Below are positions 24,487-41,879 of a stretch of 64,000 bases of DNA, in pieces. The notes beneath the pieces were generated by a model, which saw only the letters and a program-made list of their open reading frames with translations, made no database searches and was not told where the DNA came from. This DNA comes from the human T2T-CHM13v2.0 reference genome, Homo sapiens: assembly GCF_009914755.1 (NCBI RefSeq), contig NC_060943.1; one strand, given 5' to 3'. A program made the translations under genes and the position numbers. Each line of letters opens with the position of its first letter. Within the stretch, counting starts at the first letter, position 1.

Positions 24487-24686
24487 TTAGCCGGGCATGG
24501 TGGCACATGCCTGTAATCCCAGCTACTCAGGAGGCTGAGGGCAGAATTGCTTGGGCCTGGGAGACAGAGGTTGCGGTGAGCCAGATCGCACCATTGCGCT
24601 CCAGCCTGGACAACAAGAGCGAAACTCCATCTCAAAAAAAAAAAAAAAAAAAAAAAACAATGGAGAAGGCCAGGTGCAGTGGATCA

Positions 24687-25078
<392 letters not shown>

Positions 25079-25446
25079 CTACTGCACTCCAGCCTGGGCA
25101 ACAGAACAAGACCCTTTCTCAAAAAACAAACAAACAAAACCAAAAACAAGAATGAAGGAGAAAAGACGATACAGAAATCATGTGTGCTTACTTGTCTGGC
25201 CCCAAAAATACTACTGAAATAGAAGAGGTTTCTGTCATGATTTGAATAAAACTCTTGACATCATGCACCACTGTCCTAGGATGCTATTTTTCAGGGACTC
25301 AGAACCCATAATGCTGAGGCCAGATTCATTTGCATCTTCTGACCACAGAAGATGATCCCACCACCAAGATAACCAAGTACATGAGACATACATGATGTAA
25401 GAACAAAGGGAAAGACAGAACAAGGAAACAGCCAACACTGGCTTAG

Positions 25447-25626
<180 letters not shown>

Positions 25627-26184
25627 TAAAAGCGTGTGCCACCACACCTGGCTAATTTTTATATTTTCAGTAGAGATGGGGTTTCACCATGTCGGCCAGG
25701 CTGTTCTCGAACTCCTGGCCTCAAGTAATCCACCTACCTTGGCCTCCCTGAGTGCAGAAATTATAGGCATGAGCCACTGCACCAGACCTATGAAGAGAAT
25801 TTCTAAGGACGGTATTACAAGAACAGTCTATAGTCTATGTAGGCAGTGACAATGTCAATGAAGACAATTCCTGGCACAGGGAGGCATGAAGAAATAACAG
25901 GTAGAGGAATGAATTAGATCCCGAACCTGAAATCTGGATGAAATCACACAAACATCCACAGGACAAACAAGGTAGCCTGCATTAAGTTGCCTGTAAGACT
26001 TCTGACTCTGAATTCTTCCCTGGGAGCTCAATAGCAGGTGTTGGGGCTGCTCCAAGAATGGAGAGGGCAGTATGCATACCTCAGTCCTACCAACCAAGAA
26101 CTGAAGTAGGAAGCTGTGTCCATGCTCCTGACATGAGAAAGTCTTGCCAATAGAAAAAGAGGGGGAAAGACAGAGACTAGCTCA

Positions 26185-26343
<159 letters not shown>

Positions 26344-27627
26344 TTATGATGTTGACAGATGAAACCACAAACCACCCCTATGCTGAGGTATCACAATCCA
26401 TCTCTCCCACACATCTACTCTCGCACATCCTCCTCTCAAGGTCCTCAAACATAGGAGAAACTAGGCCCACTGGTCATGGGGTACAGCCACCAACAACAAT
26501 AGTTAGTTGAACAAATAGGTATCTGTGCGGTGGCTGTGATATAAGAGTCCACCCCCTCCTGACAGGCACTTCCCCTAGTATGGCCGAGGTCATGGAAAGC
26601 CCAATGTGGCACCTTCAGCACAGCAGAGATACCCTCTCTGAACGCACCTCATTCTTTTTTTTTTTTTTTTTTTTTTTTTGATACGGAGTCTCGCTCTGTC
26701 ACCCAGGGTGGAGTGCAATGGCGCGATCTCGGCTCACGCAACCTCCGCCTCCCGGGTTCAAGCGAGTCTGCTGCCTCAGTTTCCCAAGTAGCTGGGATTA
26801 CAGGCATGCGCCACCACGCCTGGCTAATTTTGTATTTTTAGTAGAGACAGGGTTTCTCCATGGTTGGTCAGGCTGGTCTCTACCTCCGGACCAACCCGCC
26901 TAGGCCTCCCAAAGTGCTGGGATTACAGGAGTGAGCCACTGCACCCGGCCCCACCCTCCACTTTCTTGTATGCGTTCCTTAAATGCTTCTACAGCCATAA
27001 AGGCCTGAGGGAAGAGGCTGACTTTACAGGACTGTGTCCCTGATAGGATCTGGTAAGCTCAGGCCTCCCTGAACGCTTTTGTGTCCACGGAGCCAGGTGA
27101 CCTTGGACTATTGTCTAACCTGCGTGTCTCAGCACAAAGTGTCATCTCTACCACCTATATGATCTACAAGGATTCAATCTCAAAGGGCCCCAACGTCATC
27201 CCCTCTCTACTCTGTTATTTATTTGGCCTTTAGGAAACTTTAAAAGCCTGGACTTTGATCCAGTCCCTTCTTTCTTGGAAATTCTCCTATTTCTAGTGTC
27301 CTCGCAATGATTTCACAGCCCCCAGCCTCCTTGCTTTTCCAGGAGGAGTTCCGCCTCACAGGTTGTTCCCTACAGGCGCCTGTGGACCCCAGGTTCCATC
27401 CTCCCGGATCCGTCCATCTCCAGGCCATTGCCCGCGCCCCTCCCTGTACCTGTCGCTCTCCCCACCGCATCCCACGGGTGTCTGAAACAGGGATCCCTCC
27501 CGAGAGCGCCTCAGTGTCCCGACGCCGGGTCCGGGTTGCAGAGCCGTAAGCAGGTGCCGCTCCCTCGCTGCTTTAGGACTTGTGTGACTAGGAGGTGACC
27601 GGAGAGCACGGAAGGCGCCACAATTAC

Positions 27628-27660
27628 CTGAACGGGGAACCTTAGCGCGGCCGCCGCCAT
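27628..27660 (-). CDS. ZNF552: ZNF552 exon 1 coding part (MAAAALRFPVQ)
   Basis: ATG at 27660, donor CAG|gtaattg, in a CpG-rich region. Confidence 0.9.
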
Positions 27661-27699
27661 GGGACCACGTGGGGTAAGCTGGGTTGAGAGCAGCGGGCG

Positions 27700-28030
27700 C
27701 CGTTAAAGAGCTGCAGAGTCACGTCTGTGCAAAGAGAAGAACGACTCTCGACCTCCTGGATCCAGTCACCACCACGGTCCCAACACAGCGCTCCAAGGAC
27801 TCCCTAACGCCAATGGAAATGGTCGCTACTAAAGGGCGCCGGGAGTCCCGCCTCTACCTTACTTGCGCACACGGAAACGCCTTCAATGTGAACTCTCACT
27901 GGCTCTGCCGTGCTGTCATTTGACGCAGAGCTTTCTGGGTAATGTAGTTTCCCAGGTTCCAAGGCCGTAAAGAGAGAGATTCCCAGGGGCGCTTCGGAAG
28001 GAAAAGCCCAGCTCCACCTCCGGGGCCCTC
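27700..28030 (-). promoter_or_regulatory. ZNF552: ZNF552 CpG-island promoter with a ZNF143/THAP11-type ACTACA motif
   Basis: AACTACATTACCCAGAAAGCTC at 27928-27949 (-); homologous to the promoters at 32.5, 43.1 and 62.6 kb. Confidence 0.75.
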
Positions 28031-28219
28031 AGGGAAGCCTCCTGACCCGCACGGTGGCGCGCGCCTGTAATCCCAAATTTTGAGAGGCTGAGGTGTCAGG
28101 ACTGCTTGAGCCCAGGTGGTCCAGGCTGCACTGAGCTATGACTGCACCACTGCACTCCAGCCTGGGCGACAGAACCTGTCTCAAAAGAAAAAGAAATGTT
28201 AATTAAGCGTTTGTGCTGT

Positions 28220-29380
28220 TAAGGGAGGAGACCACCTCTCATATTGTTTTATGCCCAATTTCTGCCTCCAAAGAAACAAGTAAAAACTAAAAGGCAGAAA
28301 TGAAATCCACAGGCAGACAGCCAGGTGCCAACCCTGGGCCTGGTTAAAGATCGACCCCTGACCAAACCGGTTATGTTATCTATGGATTCCAGACATTGTA
28401 TGGAAAAGCATTGTGAAAATCCCTGTCCTGTTCTGTTCCGTTCTGATTACCACTGCATGCAGCCCCCAGTCGTGTACCCCCTGCTTGCTCAATCGATCAC
28501 AAACCTCTCATGTGGACCCCCTTAGAGTTGTAAGCCCTTAAAAGGGACAGGAATTCCTCACTTGGGGAGCTTGGTAGTTGGAGATGTGAGTCTTGCCAAA
28601 GCTCCAGGCTGAATACAGCCCTGCGGCTTGTCCTGCTACATTTCTTGGTTCCCTGACTGGGAAGCCAGGTGATTAACAGATAGTCGAGGCAGCCCCTTAG
28701 GCAGCTTAGGCCTGCCCTGTGGAGCATCCCTACAGGGGACTCTGGCCAGCTTGAGGGACGCAGAACCTGAGAGCACTCCCGGGTAGGCAATTGCCCCAGT
28801 GGAACACCTCGCCAGAGTGGCGTGTGGCAGGCCCCCACAGAGGATCAATGCAGCGGCTGAACACTGGGAAGGAACAGGCACTTGGAGTCCGGACATCTGA
28901 AACTTGGTAAGACTAGTCTTTGGAACTTGCCCACTCCATTTGAGTGGAAGGGTGGCCTGATCACCCACGGCATGCCTGTACCGGCACTTTGGTTTTTGTT
29001 TTTGACTTGATTTGGATTGCTTGATACTTTCGTTTTGGTTTTGACCTGGCTTGGATTTCTGGATACTCTGATTTGGGTTTTGATTCTGGTTTGGTGTAAA
29101 CGGTAAAAGTGTATGTGTGCCCTTTTTACCTGTTCTTTGTTTTGTGGTGTGCGTGTGGTGTGAGCGTGGTGTTTTGTCTCAAAGAAGCATGGGTCAGGCA
29201 CAAAGTAAGCCCACTTCACTAGGAACTATGTTGAAACATTTCAAGAAAGGATTTAAGGGAGATTACAGTGTTACTATGACACCAGGAAAACTTAGAACTT
29301 TGTGTGAAATAGACTGGCCAGCATTAGAGGTGGGTTGGTCATCAGAAGGAAGCCTGGACAGGTCCCTTGTTTGAAAGGTA
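28220..29380 (+). mobile_element. HERV-E/Harlequin 5' fragment: LTR2B-like LTR, PBS-Glu, leader and truncated gag matrix
   Basis: LTR 28220-28640 ending cctgctaca; PBS TGGTTCCCTGACTGGGAA at 28646-28663; gag MGQAQSKPTSLGTMLKHFKKGFKGDY... at 29189-29374 ending in a stop. Confidence 0.85.
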
Positions 29381-29381
29381 T

Positions 29382-29780
29382 TGTGTCCAGAATTGGTTCC
29401 TTCCGGTGGGTTCTTGGTCTCGCTGACTTCAAGAATGAAGCCGCAGACCCTCACGGGCAGTGTTAAAGTTCTTAAAGATGGTATGTCTGGAGTTTGTTCC
29501 TTCAGGTGTTCAGATGTGTCTAGAGTTTCTTCCTTCTGGTGGGTTCGTGGTCTCGCTGGCTTCAGGAGTGAAGTGGCAGACCTTCGCGGTGAGTGTTACA
29601 GCTCATAAAGGCAGTGCGGGCCCAAAGAGTGAGCAACAGCAAGATTTATTGCGAAGAGCGAAAGAACAAAGTTTCCACAGTGTGGAAGGGGACCTGGGCG
29701 GGTTGCTGCTACTGGCTGGCCAGCTTTTATTCCCTTATTTGACCCCACCCACATCCTGCTGATTGGTCCATTTTATACAG
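29382..29780 (-). mobile_element. LTR12 (ERV9) fragment truncating the HERV-E element
   Basis: gggttcttggtctcgctgacttcaagaatgaagccgcagacc and ctgattggtccatttt motifs. Confidence 0.8.
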
Positions 29781-30660
29781 CGACAGAGTGAGACTCCACC
29801 TCAAAAAAAAAAAAAAAAAAAAAAGAAGAATCTCATTTTGAAGCCAAAACCATCAGAGTGACCATTCCAATTATGTGCTGAGCATAATTCCATCTCTTAG
29901 ACATCAGTGCTAACATTTCTCTGAGGCCCTAAGTTTTTTCACCATCTACTGATGTTTCCTCAGAACTACTTCTGTCAGAACTGTTGAATAATTACCTAGT
30001 CAGTGTTTTTTGTTTTTTTTTTTCACACAGAGTCTCGCTCTGTCGCCCAGGCTACAGTGCAACGGCTCAATCTTGGCTCACTGTAACCTCTGCCTCCTGG
30101 GTTCAAGTGATTCTTCTGCCTCAGCCTCCTGAGTAGTTGGGATGACAGGTGCGTGCCGCCACGCCCAACTAATTTTGTACTTTTAGTAGAGACGAGGTGT
30201 CACCATATTGGCCAGGGTGGTCTCAAACTCCTCACCTGGTGATCCACCCGCCTCGGCCTCCCAAAATGCTGAGATTACAGGCATGAGCCACCATGCCTGG
30301 CCTATCTAGTCAGTATTAATAGGCTTTCGTATCTTGCATTTTACAACTGTTTCTCTCATGTAATTTTAATTTTTCATGCAGAACACTCCCTGCTCTCTTA
30401 AGATAAATCAATGATAATCACTTCCCATCAATGACATGAACTCATGGATTTAACAAATGCCCAGTATGACCAGATGGAGAGCACTACCTTTAAGGACTGT
30501 AGCTATTACCACTATCAAGCTACCAAATCCTTTATTGTTGTTTATATATATAAAACTGACTTCAAATTCCTAAAAGGAGTTGAATATAAGTTAGAATATC
30601 AAGTAAAGGATACTAAGTGGGTAAAAGTGTGGTGCAATTAATTGAATGCTACAATTGATT

Positions 30661-31708
<1,048 letters not shown>

Positions 31709-32519
31709 GATTCTATCAGCAGGAGAGTTGTTTTCTGTAGGAATCACAGAGATTCAGCTTTGCACTCCTGCTGTAGGGGAGCACATCCCTAACTTCCTTC
31801 ATTTGCCTTAGGCACTCTAAGGCTTCTGAGGGCCTTCAGACACATTATAACACAACAACGCTTATCAGCTTCTGCTTCCAGTGCAGGTATTTTGCGACTG
31901 AACGACTGTTTCAAACGGTGTGGTAATTTGGATTTTTAGCCTTTGGGAGAATCCTAAATAATAGTTTCAGCTTGAGCTCCCTATTATTTACCTTGAGCTC
32001 CCCGAAATCTGAAGTAGTATTTTTCCAAATTCTTGAGTGATTAGTTACAGACACTAGTCTCCAGGAATCTCAATACGGCTTCTAAGGCTAGGTGAGACCC
32101 CTCCTCTGCCCTAGAAAGGCGCCTTTTTTTTTTTTTTTTTTTTTTTTGAGACAGAGTCTTGCTCTGTCGCGCAGGCTGGAGGGCAGTGGCGCGATCCCAG
32201 CTCACTGCAAGGAGGTTCACGCCATTCTCCTCCAGCCTCAGCCTCCAGAGTAGCTGTGACTATAGGCGCCCGCCACCACGCCCAGCTAACTTTTTTTTTT
32301 TTGAATTTTTAGTAGACACGGGGTTTCACCGTGTTAGCCAGGATGGTCTCGATCTCCTGACCTCGCGATCCGCCCGCCTCAGCCTCCAAAAGTGCTGGGA
32401 TTACTGGCGTGAGCCACCGCGCCCGGCCTCAGGGCGCGCTTTTAAGGAGAGTTCCTGACATGACGGTGGGCTTTTCCTGCAGATGCACCTCTGGGTAGCG
32501 CCCTCTTTACAGCCTTGAA

Positions 32520-32827
32520 ACCTGGTCAACTACATTACTCAGAAAGCTCTGCGTTGAATGAATGCCGTCAGAGCCAATGAGGGCTCGGAAAGAAGCATTT
32601 CCGTGTGTGCGCCTAATGTAGGGCCGAGACTTCCGGGGTCCTCTTGTAGCGGCCACGTTGATCTGCGATACGCGTGTTTGCCCAGTGAGTGGCCCCGGAC
32701 TGCTACGTGGGACTGCGGTGAATGAACCCAGAAGGTGGAGAGGAACCGTTCTCGGTGCACAGAGGCGGCTCTGCAGCCCGGTGAGGGCGCCTGCTGCTCC
32801 CGGGCAGTGCTTTCCCCAAGTAGTCCG
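32520..32827 (+). promoter_or_regulatory. CpG-rich KRAB-ZNF-type promoter and 5' UTR (possible upstream ZNF587B promoter)
   Basis: ACTACATTACTCAGAAAGCT from 32529, CCAAT at 32574, ETS ACTTCCGG at 32629; close paralog of 62640-62945. Confidence 0.75.
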
Positions 32828-32860
32828 ATGGCTGCGGCTGCGCCGAGGCGCCCTACTCAG
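32828..32860 (+). CDS. Orphan or alternative first coding exon MAAAAPRRPTQ (ZNF417/ZNF587-type)
   Basis: ATG...CAG|gtaattgtgg, phase 0, splice-compatible with the KRAB exon at 51946. Confidence 0.65.
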
Positions 32861-33000
32861 GTAATTGTGGCGTTTTCTGTGCCCTCAGGTCACCTCATCG
32901 TCACCCAGGTCCTAAACCAGCGAGGGAGAGGCTCCTGCTCACGGGTCTGTAGCCGGTACCCGGCGTAGGGACACTGAGGCGCTGGCAGGAGGGGTCCCTG

Positions 33001-33729
33001 TGTAAACGTCCAGTGGATTCACCTTGCCAGCTGCCTAGAGAGAGCCGATTTGTGAAGACAGGGGAATTGTAAGGAGAAATAGTAATTCACGCAGAGCCGG
33101 CTGTTCGGGAGACAGGAGTTTTATTATTATTCAAATCAGTCTCCCCGAGCATTTCTGGATCAGAGTTTTCAAAGTTAATTTGGCGGGTAGGGGCTTGGGA
33201 AGTGGGGAGTGCTGAACGGTCAGGTTGGAGATGGATTTATAGAGGGTTGAAGTGAGTTTTTCATGCTGTTTTCTGTTGTGGGTGGGATGGCAGAACTGAT
33301 TGACCCAGATTACCGGTCTGTGTGTTGTCAGCTGATCCATCCAGTGTAGGATCTCCAAAATACCTCAAGCACTGATCTTAGCTTTTACAATTGTTATGTT
33401 ATCTTCAGGAGCAACTTGGCGAGGTTCAGACTCTTGGAGCCAGAAGCTACATGACCCCTAAACGGTAATTTCTAATCTTATAGCTAAACTGTTAGTCCTG
33501 CAAAGGCAGGCTGGTCCCCAGGCAAGAAGGGAGTCTTTTCAGGAAAGGGCTGTTATCAATTTTGTTTCAGAGTGAAACCATGAACTGAATTCCTTCCCTA
33601 AGTTAATTCAGCCTGTGCCCAGGAATGAACAAGGACAGCTTAAAGGTTAAAAGCAAGATGGAGTCGGTTAGGTCTGATTTCTTTCACTGTCATAATTTCC
33701 TCAGTTATAATTTTGCAAAGACGGTTTCA
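33001..33729 (-). mobile_element. LTR8 solo LTR
   Basis: TG...CA ends with TSD CCTG; reverse strand starts tgaaaccgtctttgcaaaattataactgagg. Confidence 0.8.
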
Positions 33730-35032
33730 CCTGTGTTTGACATCAGTGCGATGCGGTGGGGAGAGCAACAGGCACAGGGAGGGGCCTAGGCGATGGTCTG
33801 GAGATGGAGGCAGCTGGGAGGATGGAACCTGGGGTCCACAGGCACCTGTCGGGAACAAAGTTTGAGGCAGAGCTACTCCTGGAAGAGCACACAGGCTGAG
33901 GGCTGTGCATTCATCATGAGGACACTAGAAGCCATGGAGAGTTTTGAAGAAAGGAGGGACATGATCCAAATCCAGGCTTTTAAGATTTCCCAAAGGCCAA
34001 TCAAAGGAAGAACATTGTAGAGAGAGAGGATGAGGACTTTGGGGCCTTGGGAGGTTGAATCCTTTTTGTAGCTCACATAGGTGGTAGAGATGACATTTTG
34101 CACTGAGACAAGCAGGTCAGACAACCAGCCTGAGTGCCACCTGGCTCCAGGGACAAGAAAGGGTTCAGGGAGGCCTGAGCTTATCAAATCCCGTGACATG
34201 TTTGTAATGTCTGCCTCTCCCCTCAGGCACTCCTGGCTGCAGAAGCACTTAGGGAACCCACACAGGAAAGTGGAGGGTGTTCAATCCCCTCATTGGTCCT
34301 GACGCCATCTACAGGTTCTTTAGCTTGTGGTGTCCTGGGACTCTTAAGTGCCATTTTTTTCAGTCCTTTGATCCGAGGACCCTGGAGAATCTCTGAAGCC
34401 AGGATACCAAGTCCATGACAGGTTATATGGAGGTATTCCCATTTCTGTCAACCAATGTAAACACCCTTGTAAGATTAACCCAGGATTTGCTACCAGGTTG
34501 TGAAATGCTTAGAGATAAAACGGATCAAAGTCAGGAGGTGATATTACCACAGTTCTACCTGGCTACAGGCTTCATCTGGTTGGACCTTGTTGCATAGACT
34601 GTGGGTTGAGGGAAGAGGAAGAAAGGTCAGAGATAAGGCTCCTGCCATAATCTAGGTGAGGCTTAATGGATCAGATATGTGGTAAATCACATGGGTCTGG
34701 ATTCAGGATTCACTTTTTGTAAAAAGACAGCTAGGTTTTCTTTCTTTCTTTCTTTCTTTTTTTTTGAGACGCAGTTTCGGTCTTGTCACCCAGGCTGGAG
34801 TGCAATGGCATGATCTCTGCTCACTGGAACCTCCGCCTCCCGGGTTCAAGTGATTCTCTTGCCTCAGCCTTCCGAGCAGTTGGGATTCCAGGCATGAACC
34901 ACCACACTTGGCTAATTTTTGTATTTTTAGTAGAGACGAGGTTTCACCATGTCGGCCAGGCTGGTCTCGAACTCCTGACCTCAGGTGATTCACCTGCCTC
35001 GGCCTCCCAAAGTGCTGGGATTACAGGCATGA

Positions 35033-35236
<204 letters not shown>

Positions 35237-36540
35237 TAATTTTGTATTTTTAGTAGAGATGGGGTTTCTCCATGTTGGTTAGGCTGGTCTTGAACTCCCG
35301 ACCTCAGGTGATCCGCACGCCTCAGCCTCCCAAAGTGCTGGGATTACAGGTGTGAGCCACCGTGCCCGGCCGACAGCTAGGTTTTCTAATGTGGGTGATA
35401 AGAGCATGAAAGAGGAATTGGGCATGAGCCCAAGGTTTTTGATCTTTGCAGCTGTAACCATGGACGCTGCATCTGCTGACATGAAGTTGGTATTGACACA
35501 ATATTCACTGTGGATAGCAAGAGGGTTGTTTTGGCCATATGAAGAATCAGAGACCAATAAGTGGTGGCATCAAATGGATAACTAGACATACAGGATGGGA
35601 TATCTGGGAGGGTGTTGATAATGGAGACATCCAATATATGAAAGCTAATGAGCGAACTACAGTAAGTTAGTTATGGGTCCATTTAGGAGGACATGCTTCA
35701 GATTTTGGTGGTAAATCTTTTCAGGGGCCAGGAAGGTGTGACTACAGGCTGAGGAGTGGATCTCTTACTTACGTCCCTGAGTGATGTTATTGGGCTTCCT
35801 AAACACCTGAGAGGGTGTGAGTGACCATCATGGCAGGATGTATCAGACAGTAGAGTTTGGAAGGGGACATAGACATCCGAGGAGAGAATAGACGAGATAG
35901 ATGCATGCAGAAGCATAGGAGTAATTCAGGGAAGATGACACTTAGGCCTGAGTTGGTGCCAAAGTTGTAACTATTTATCACTGTCTGGACTCACAAACGT
36001 TTTGAGATGACTTTGGGAGTGCCTGGGGAGTTTCATTCAGCCTGGTGCATATGGGCAGTGAAAAATATGCTCATCTGTGATAGTAGATGTGGTTTGGTTC
36101 ACAAATCCAGGGGCTGGGCTTTAAACGGCATTAGGTGGACAGAGGAGGGTTGCTACAGCTGAGGTCTCAGCTGGTGCAGCACAGAAGTGGAATAGGGCCA
36201 TGGATATCTAAAGCCATATGTGGTTCTGTGTGGCTATGGAGTCATTCCGGGAGACATTCACAGGATGATTTGGGATTACCACTGCTATTGTAAACCATGG
36301 AAATTCTGTGTTAATATTGGATGCTATTTGTATTTGTCAAGCATAGTCTGGATGTTTATCCACATTTTGGTATAAGGCCAGAATTGAAGGCCCAATATGA
36401 TGTGTCACTTTGACATCTTGTGATAGTGGGACAACCTTAAAAGGTGTGAGCACAAATCTCATCTCATTCCCACTCTGCTCTCTTGAATAATGTATCCTAG
36501 CCTAACAACCCTTTTTATCAAGGCAATGAGGCAGGGTTCC

Positions 36541-37511
36541 TCTGGGGGAAAGAAAGAGAGATCAGACTGTTACTGTGTCTATGTAGAAAAAGGAAGACAT
36601 AAGAAACTCCATTTTGACCTGTACTAAGAAAAATTATTCTGCCTTGAGATGCTGTTAATCTGTAACCCTAGCCCCAACCCTGTGCTCACAGAAATGTGCT
36701 GTATTGACTCAAGGTTTAATGGAGTTAGGGCTGTGCAGGATGTGCCTTTGTAAACATGTGTTTGCAGGCAGTATGCTTGGTAAAAGTCATCGCCATTCTC
36801 CAGTCTCGGGTACCCAGGGACACAATGCACTGCGGAAGGCCGCAGGGACCTCTGCCTGAGAAAGCCTGGGTATTGTCCAAGGTCTCCCCCAACTGAGACA
36901 GCCTGAGATGTGGCCTCATGGGAAAGGAAAGATCTTACTGTTCCCCCAGCCTGACACCTGTAAAGGGTCTGTGCTGAGGAGGATTAGTGAAAGAGGAAGG
37001 CCTCTTTGCAGTTGAGATAAGGGAAGGCACCTGTCTCCTGCTCATCCCTGGGCAACAGAATGTCTCAGTGTAAAACCCAATTGTATATTCCATCTACTGA
37101 GATAGGAGAAAACCGCCTTAGGGCTGGAGGTGAGACATGCTGGAGGCAATACTGCTCTTTAATGCATTGAGATGTTTATGTATCTGCACATCAAAAGCAC
37201 AGCACTTTTTTCTTTACCTTGTTTATGATGCAGAGACATTTGTTCACAGGTTTTCCTGCTGACCCTCTTGCCTCTATTACCCTGTTGTCCTGCCACATCC
37301 CCCTCTCCGAGATGGTAGAGATAATGATCAATAAATACCGAGGGAACTCAGAGACCAGTGCCATCAGGGTTCCTCCGTATACTGAGCCCCGGTCCCCTGG
37401 GCCCACTTTTCTTTCTCTATACTTTGTCTCTGTCTCTTATTTCTTTTCTCAGCCTCTCATCCCACCTGATGAGAAATGCCCACAGGTGTGGAGGGGCAGG
37501 CCACCCCTTCA
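36541..37511 (+). mobile_element. HERV-K(HML-2) LTR5 solo LTR lacking a matching TSD
   Basis: Full-length LTR5 text ending ccaccccttca; flanks ggttcc / ctctct differ. Confidence 0.88.
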
Positions 37512-37821
37512 CTCTCTCAGTTATTTTTATTACACCAGTAATTTCCTCATTGTGTTGAATCTTACAGTGGCTTATAAATCGATATGTACCTAGAAATGTT
37601 TAGCCAGTTCATGTATATTTGATGTATCACATTTTTTCCTTTGAATCACATACTCTAAAAGAAGTAACTTCCTCTTACTAACCTCTGCTTTTCCTAAGTG
37701 ATGAATTAATCCTCTTTAGATAATTACAATTCTCTTTTCAACACTTAGCAAGAACTAATCTATAAAGAAGCACTATAAATCTATAAAGAACTTTCCCACC
37801 CGGGCACAGTGGCTTTGGTTC

Positions 37822-37855
37822 AACGCTTCTCCACCTTTTGGCTAAGATCAAGTGT
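37822..37855 (+). pseudogene. U2 snRNA 5' fragment (34 nt, 3'-truncated retrocopy)
   Basis: aacgcttctccaccttttggctaagatcaagtgt vs U2 ATCGCTTCTCGGCCTTTTGGCTAAGATCAAGTGT (3 mismatches). Confidence 0.85.
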
Positions 37856-37857
37856 GA

Positions 37858-38058
<201 letters not shown>

Positions 38059-38139
38059 TGAACTCCTGACCTCAGGTGATCCACCTGCCTAGGCCTCCCA
38101 AAGTGCTGGGATTACAGGCATGAGCCAGTGTGTCCGGCC

Positions 38140-40008
<1,869 letters not shown>

Positions 40009-40193
40009 TAGCTCTTAACCTCGTGATCCCCTCACCTCTGCCCAGAGTGCTGGGGTTACAGGCGTGAGCCACTGGGCCCGGACTTTTTTTTTTTTTTTTG
40101 GCCAGGCGCGGTGGCTCACACCTGTAATCCCAGCACTTTGGGAGGGCGAGGCGGGCGGATCACGAGGTCAGGAGATCGAGACCATCCTGACTA

Positions 40194-40716
<523 letters not shown>

Positions 40717-41491
40717 CCTACGATTTCATCTCCAACCCAACCAATCAGGACTGCCCACTTCATGGCCCCCTATCTACCAAATTATCCTTAAAAAACCCCA
40801 GTCTCATGAGGTGGAGGTTGCAGTGAACCGAGATCATGACCTTGCACTCCAGCCTGGGCAACAGGAGCAAAACTCCATCTCAAAAAAACAAACAAACAAA
40901 TAAACAACAACAAAAAAACCCAGTCTCCAAGTTTTCAGGAAGACTGATTTGAGTAATATTAATAAGACTCCAGTCTGCTGTTCATCCAACTCTGTGTGAA
41001 TCAAACTCTTTCTTTTACAATTCTCCTGTCCTGATAAATTGGCTCTATCTGGGCAGTGGGCAAAATGAACCCGCTGGGTGTTTACACATTCATTTTAACA
41101 ATACAATAATGGTTATTAACCTTTGCATTAATCTCTGCTTCCAGTGGAAGAATTTTGCATCAAAGGACCACTTGAAATGATAGGTGAATTTAGATCTATA
41201 GCCTTTGGGAGCACCTGCACTAACTCTGAAATAATATTTTTCCATACACTAGGGTAATCAGCTACAGCTAATAATTGCAAGAAATCTCAATAGGAGTTTT
41301 AAGGAAAGGCAGGATGATCCTCTGCCCAGTAGAAAGATCTGCAATCTTTTATTTATTTATTTATTTAATTTTATTTTTTTCCAATACAGAGTCTTGCTCT
41401 GTCGCCCAGGCTAGAGTGCAGTGGCACAATCTCAGCTCACCGCAACCTCTGACTCCTGGGTTCAGGAGATTCTCCTGCCTCAGCCTCCTGA

Positions 41492-41680
<189 letters not shown>

Positions 41681-41879
41681 TAGAGAAGAGGTCTTGCTCT
41701 GTTGCCCAGGCTGGAGTGCAGTGGCACGATCTCGGCTTACCGCAGCTTCAAACTCCTGAGCTCAAGCGATTCTCCCTCCTTCAGGCTCCCTAACCCTAAC
41801 CCCAACCTTGGGGCAGCTGGGACCACTGGCCTGCCTGACCTCACCCCACTAATATTTTTTATTTTTTGCAGAGACAGGA

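Noticed and set aside
29189-29374. Gag matrix ORF as a functional protein
   Set aside because: Stops after 61 codons, and the element is truncated by LTR12.
41788-41807. Telomere-like CCCTAACCCTAACCC (also ~47890)
   Set aside because: Only two perfect units inside an old Alu; compatible with chance or slippage.
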